A stretch of DNA of 63,856 bases, counting the filler, from Octopus bimaculoides (Eukaryota), in the NCBI RefSeq assembly GCF_001194135.2. It is 5 parts of 5 records of this genome, joined end to end, with 100 filler letters (N's around TTAATTAATTAA, not from the genome) between each part and the next. Parts side by side here need not be neighbours in the genome. Positions count along the whole stretch, not along the records: positions 62,848 to 63,856 come from NW_026300226.1; 4 more parts are not named here. One strand, written 5' to 3'. The notes under the pieces are model-generated. The model worked only from the letters and a program-made list of their open reading frames with translations, searched no databases and was not told the origin of the DNA. Of this stretch, positions 63,055-63,856 are shown in pieces (positions within the stretch are counted from its first letter, which is position 1; each line of letters begins with the position of its first letter). The translations under genes and the position numbers were made by a program.

Positions 63055-63666
63055 ATGTGTGTATATATGTATACAGTAGATGTCACACTATTTCGTGGAT
63101 TCTTACGTTCACAGCATTTTTTCTTATATCGCACCTCACCTCACATCCCCTTCCCTTACACATCACCTGTATTTTTCTCTCCACTCCCTCTTATTAACTT
63201 AAATTTTTTCGCATACAATCACACTCTTCTCCTGCTTCCCTATCTCCCTCTCTCTCTTCCTCTGTCTTCCCAGTAGCCATCTATATTCATTTACTTTCAA
63301 ATTGATTGAAAAAAAATCTCCATTATTTTTGTGAAAGCACACATTTTTACCATCTCTTTCCAGCTATATATATATTTTATGTATGCTTTTATTCTCTAAA
63401 TCACTATAATTGTGACTATTATTTGTATATTTGTGCTTACAAACATTACTGTACTGAAATACATTTACGTGGACACGAAAAAAATACTGTTGCAAAATAG
63501 TGTAAGGGATTTGAACACTGTCTATAACAATATGTCAGTGCTAACTATTAAACCAAATTGGTATTGCAAAGTTGAACGGACAAATTGGAAGTCTTTATTT
63601 AGGAAGCTAATATTAAAGCATGCCCACAGCCTTTTAACGAGAAACAAAAGAAGAAAAAATATCACA

Positions 63667-63824
63667 TCGGCGCATGTGTCACTGTATGTTAAGAAGCTTG
63701 TTTCCCAACCACAAAGTTTTGGGTCCAATCCCACTCTGTGACACCTTGGTCTTCTACTTTAGTGTTAGGCCGACCAGAACTTTTTGAGTGGATTTGGTAG
63801 AAGGAAACTTAAGGAAGCCTGTCT

Positions 63825-63830
<6 letters not shown>
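63667..63830 (+). mobile_element. SINE family B, 5' half, decayed
   Basis: aagcttgtttcccaaccac...gagtggatttggtagaaggaaact. Confidence 0.75.
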
Positions 63831-63855
<25 letters not shown>

Positions 63856-63856
63856 A

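Overview
AT-rich, repeat-dense animal DNA from a draft assembly with many N gaps. The tRNA-derived SINE families, microsatellite load and transposon content suggest an octopus or other coleoid cephalopod (inference). One convincing protein-coding gene is present: a single coding exon (8213-9334, +) behind a strong splice acceptor. It encodes a 373-aa secreted, probably GPI-anchored leucine-rich-repeat protein. The rest is non-coding: at least four SINE families, decayed RTE and R4/Dong-like LINEs, Penelope-like (GIY-YIG) elements, mariner fragments, a TIR-complete DD37D (maT) transposon, microsatellites and local duplications. Notable observations are three minimal hammerhead-ribozyme motifs of the Penelope-associated type (one with a fully canonical core at 40936-41030), a perfect 32-bp hairpin in the probable 3' UTR of the LRR gene, and a ~28-kb CpG-depleted block bounded by artificial scaffold pads. 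No CRISPR, rRNA or prokaryote-type system is present. Most listed ORFs are microsatellite or N-gap artefacts. Repeat boundaries were set by eye and are approximate.
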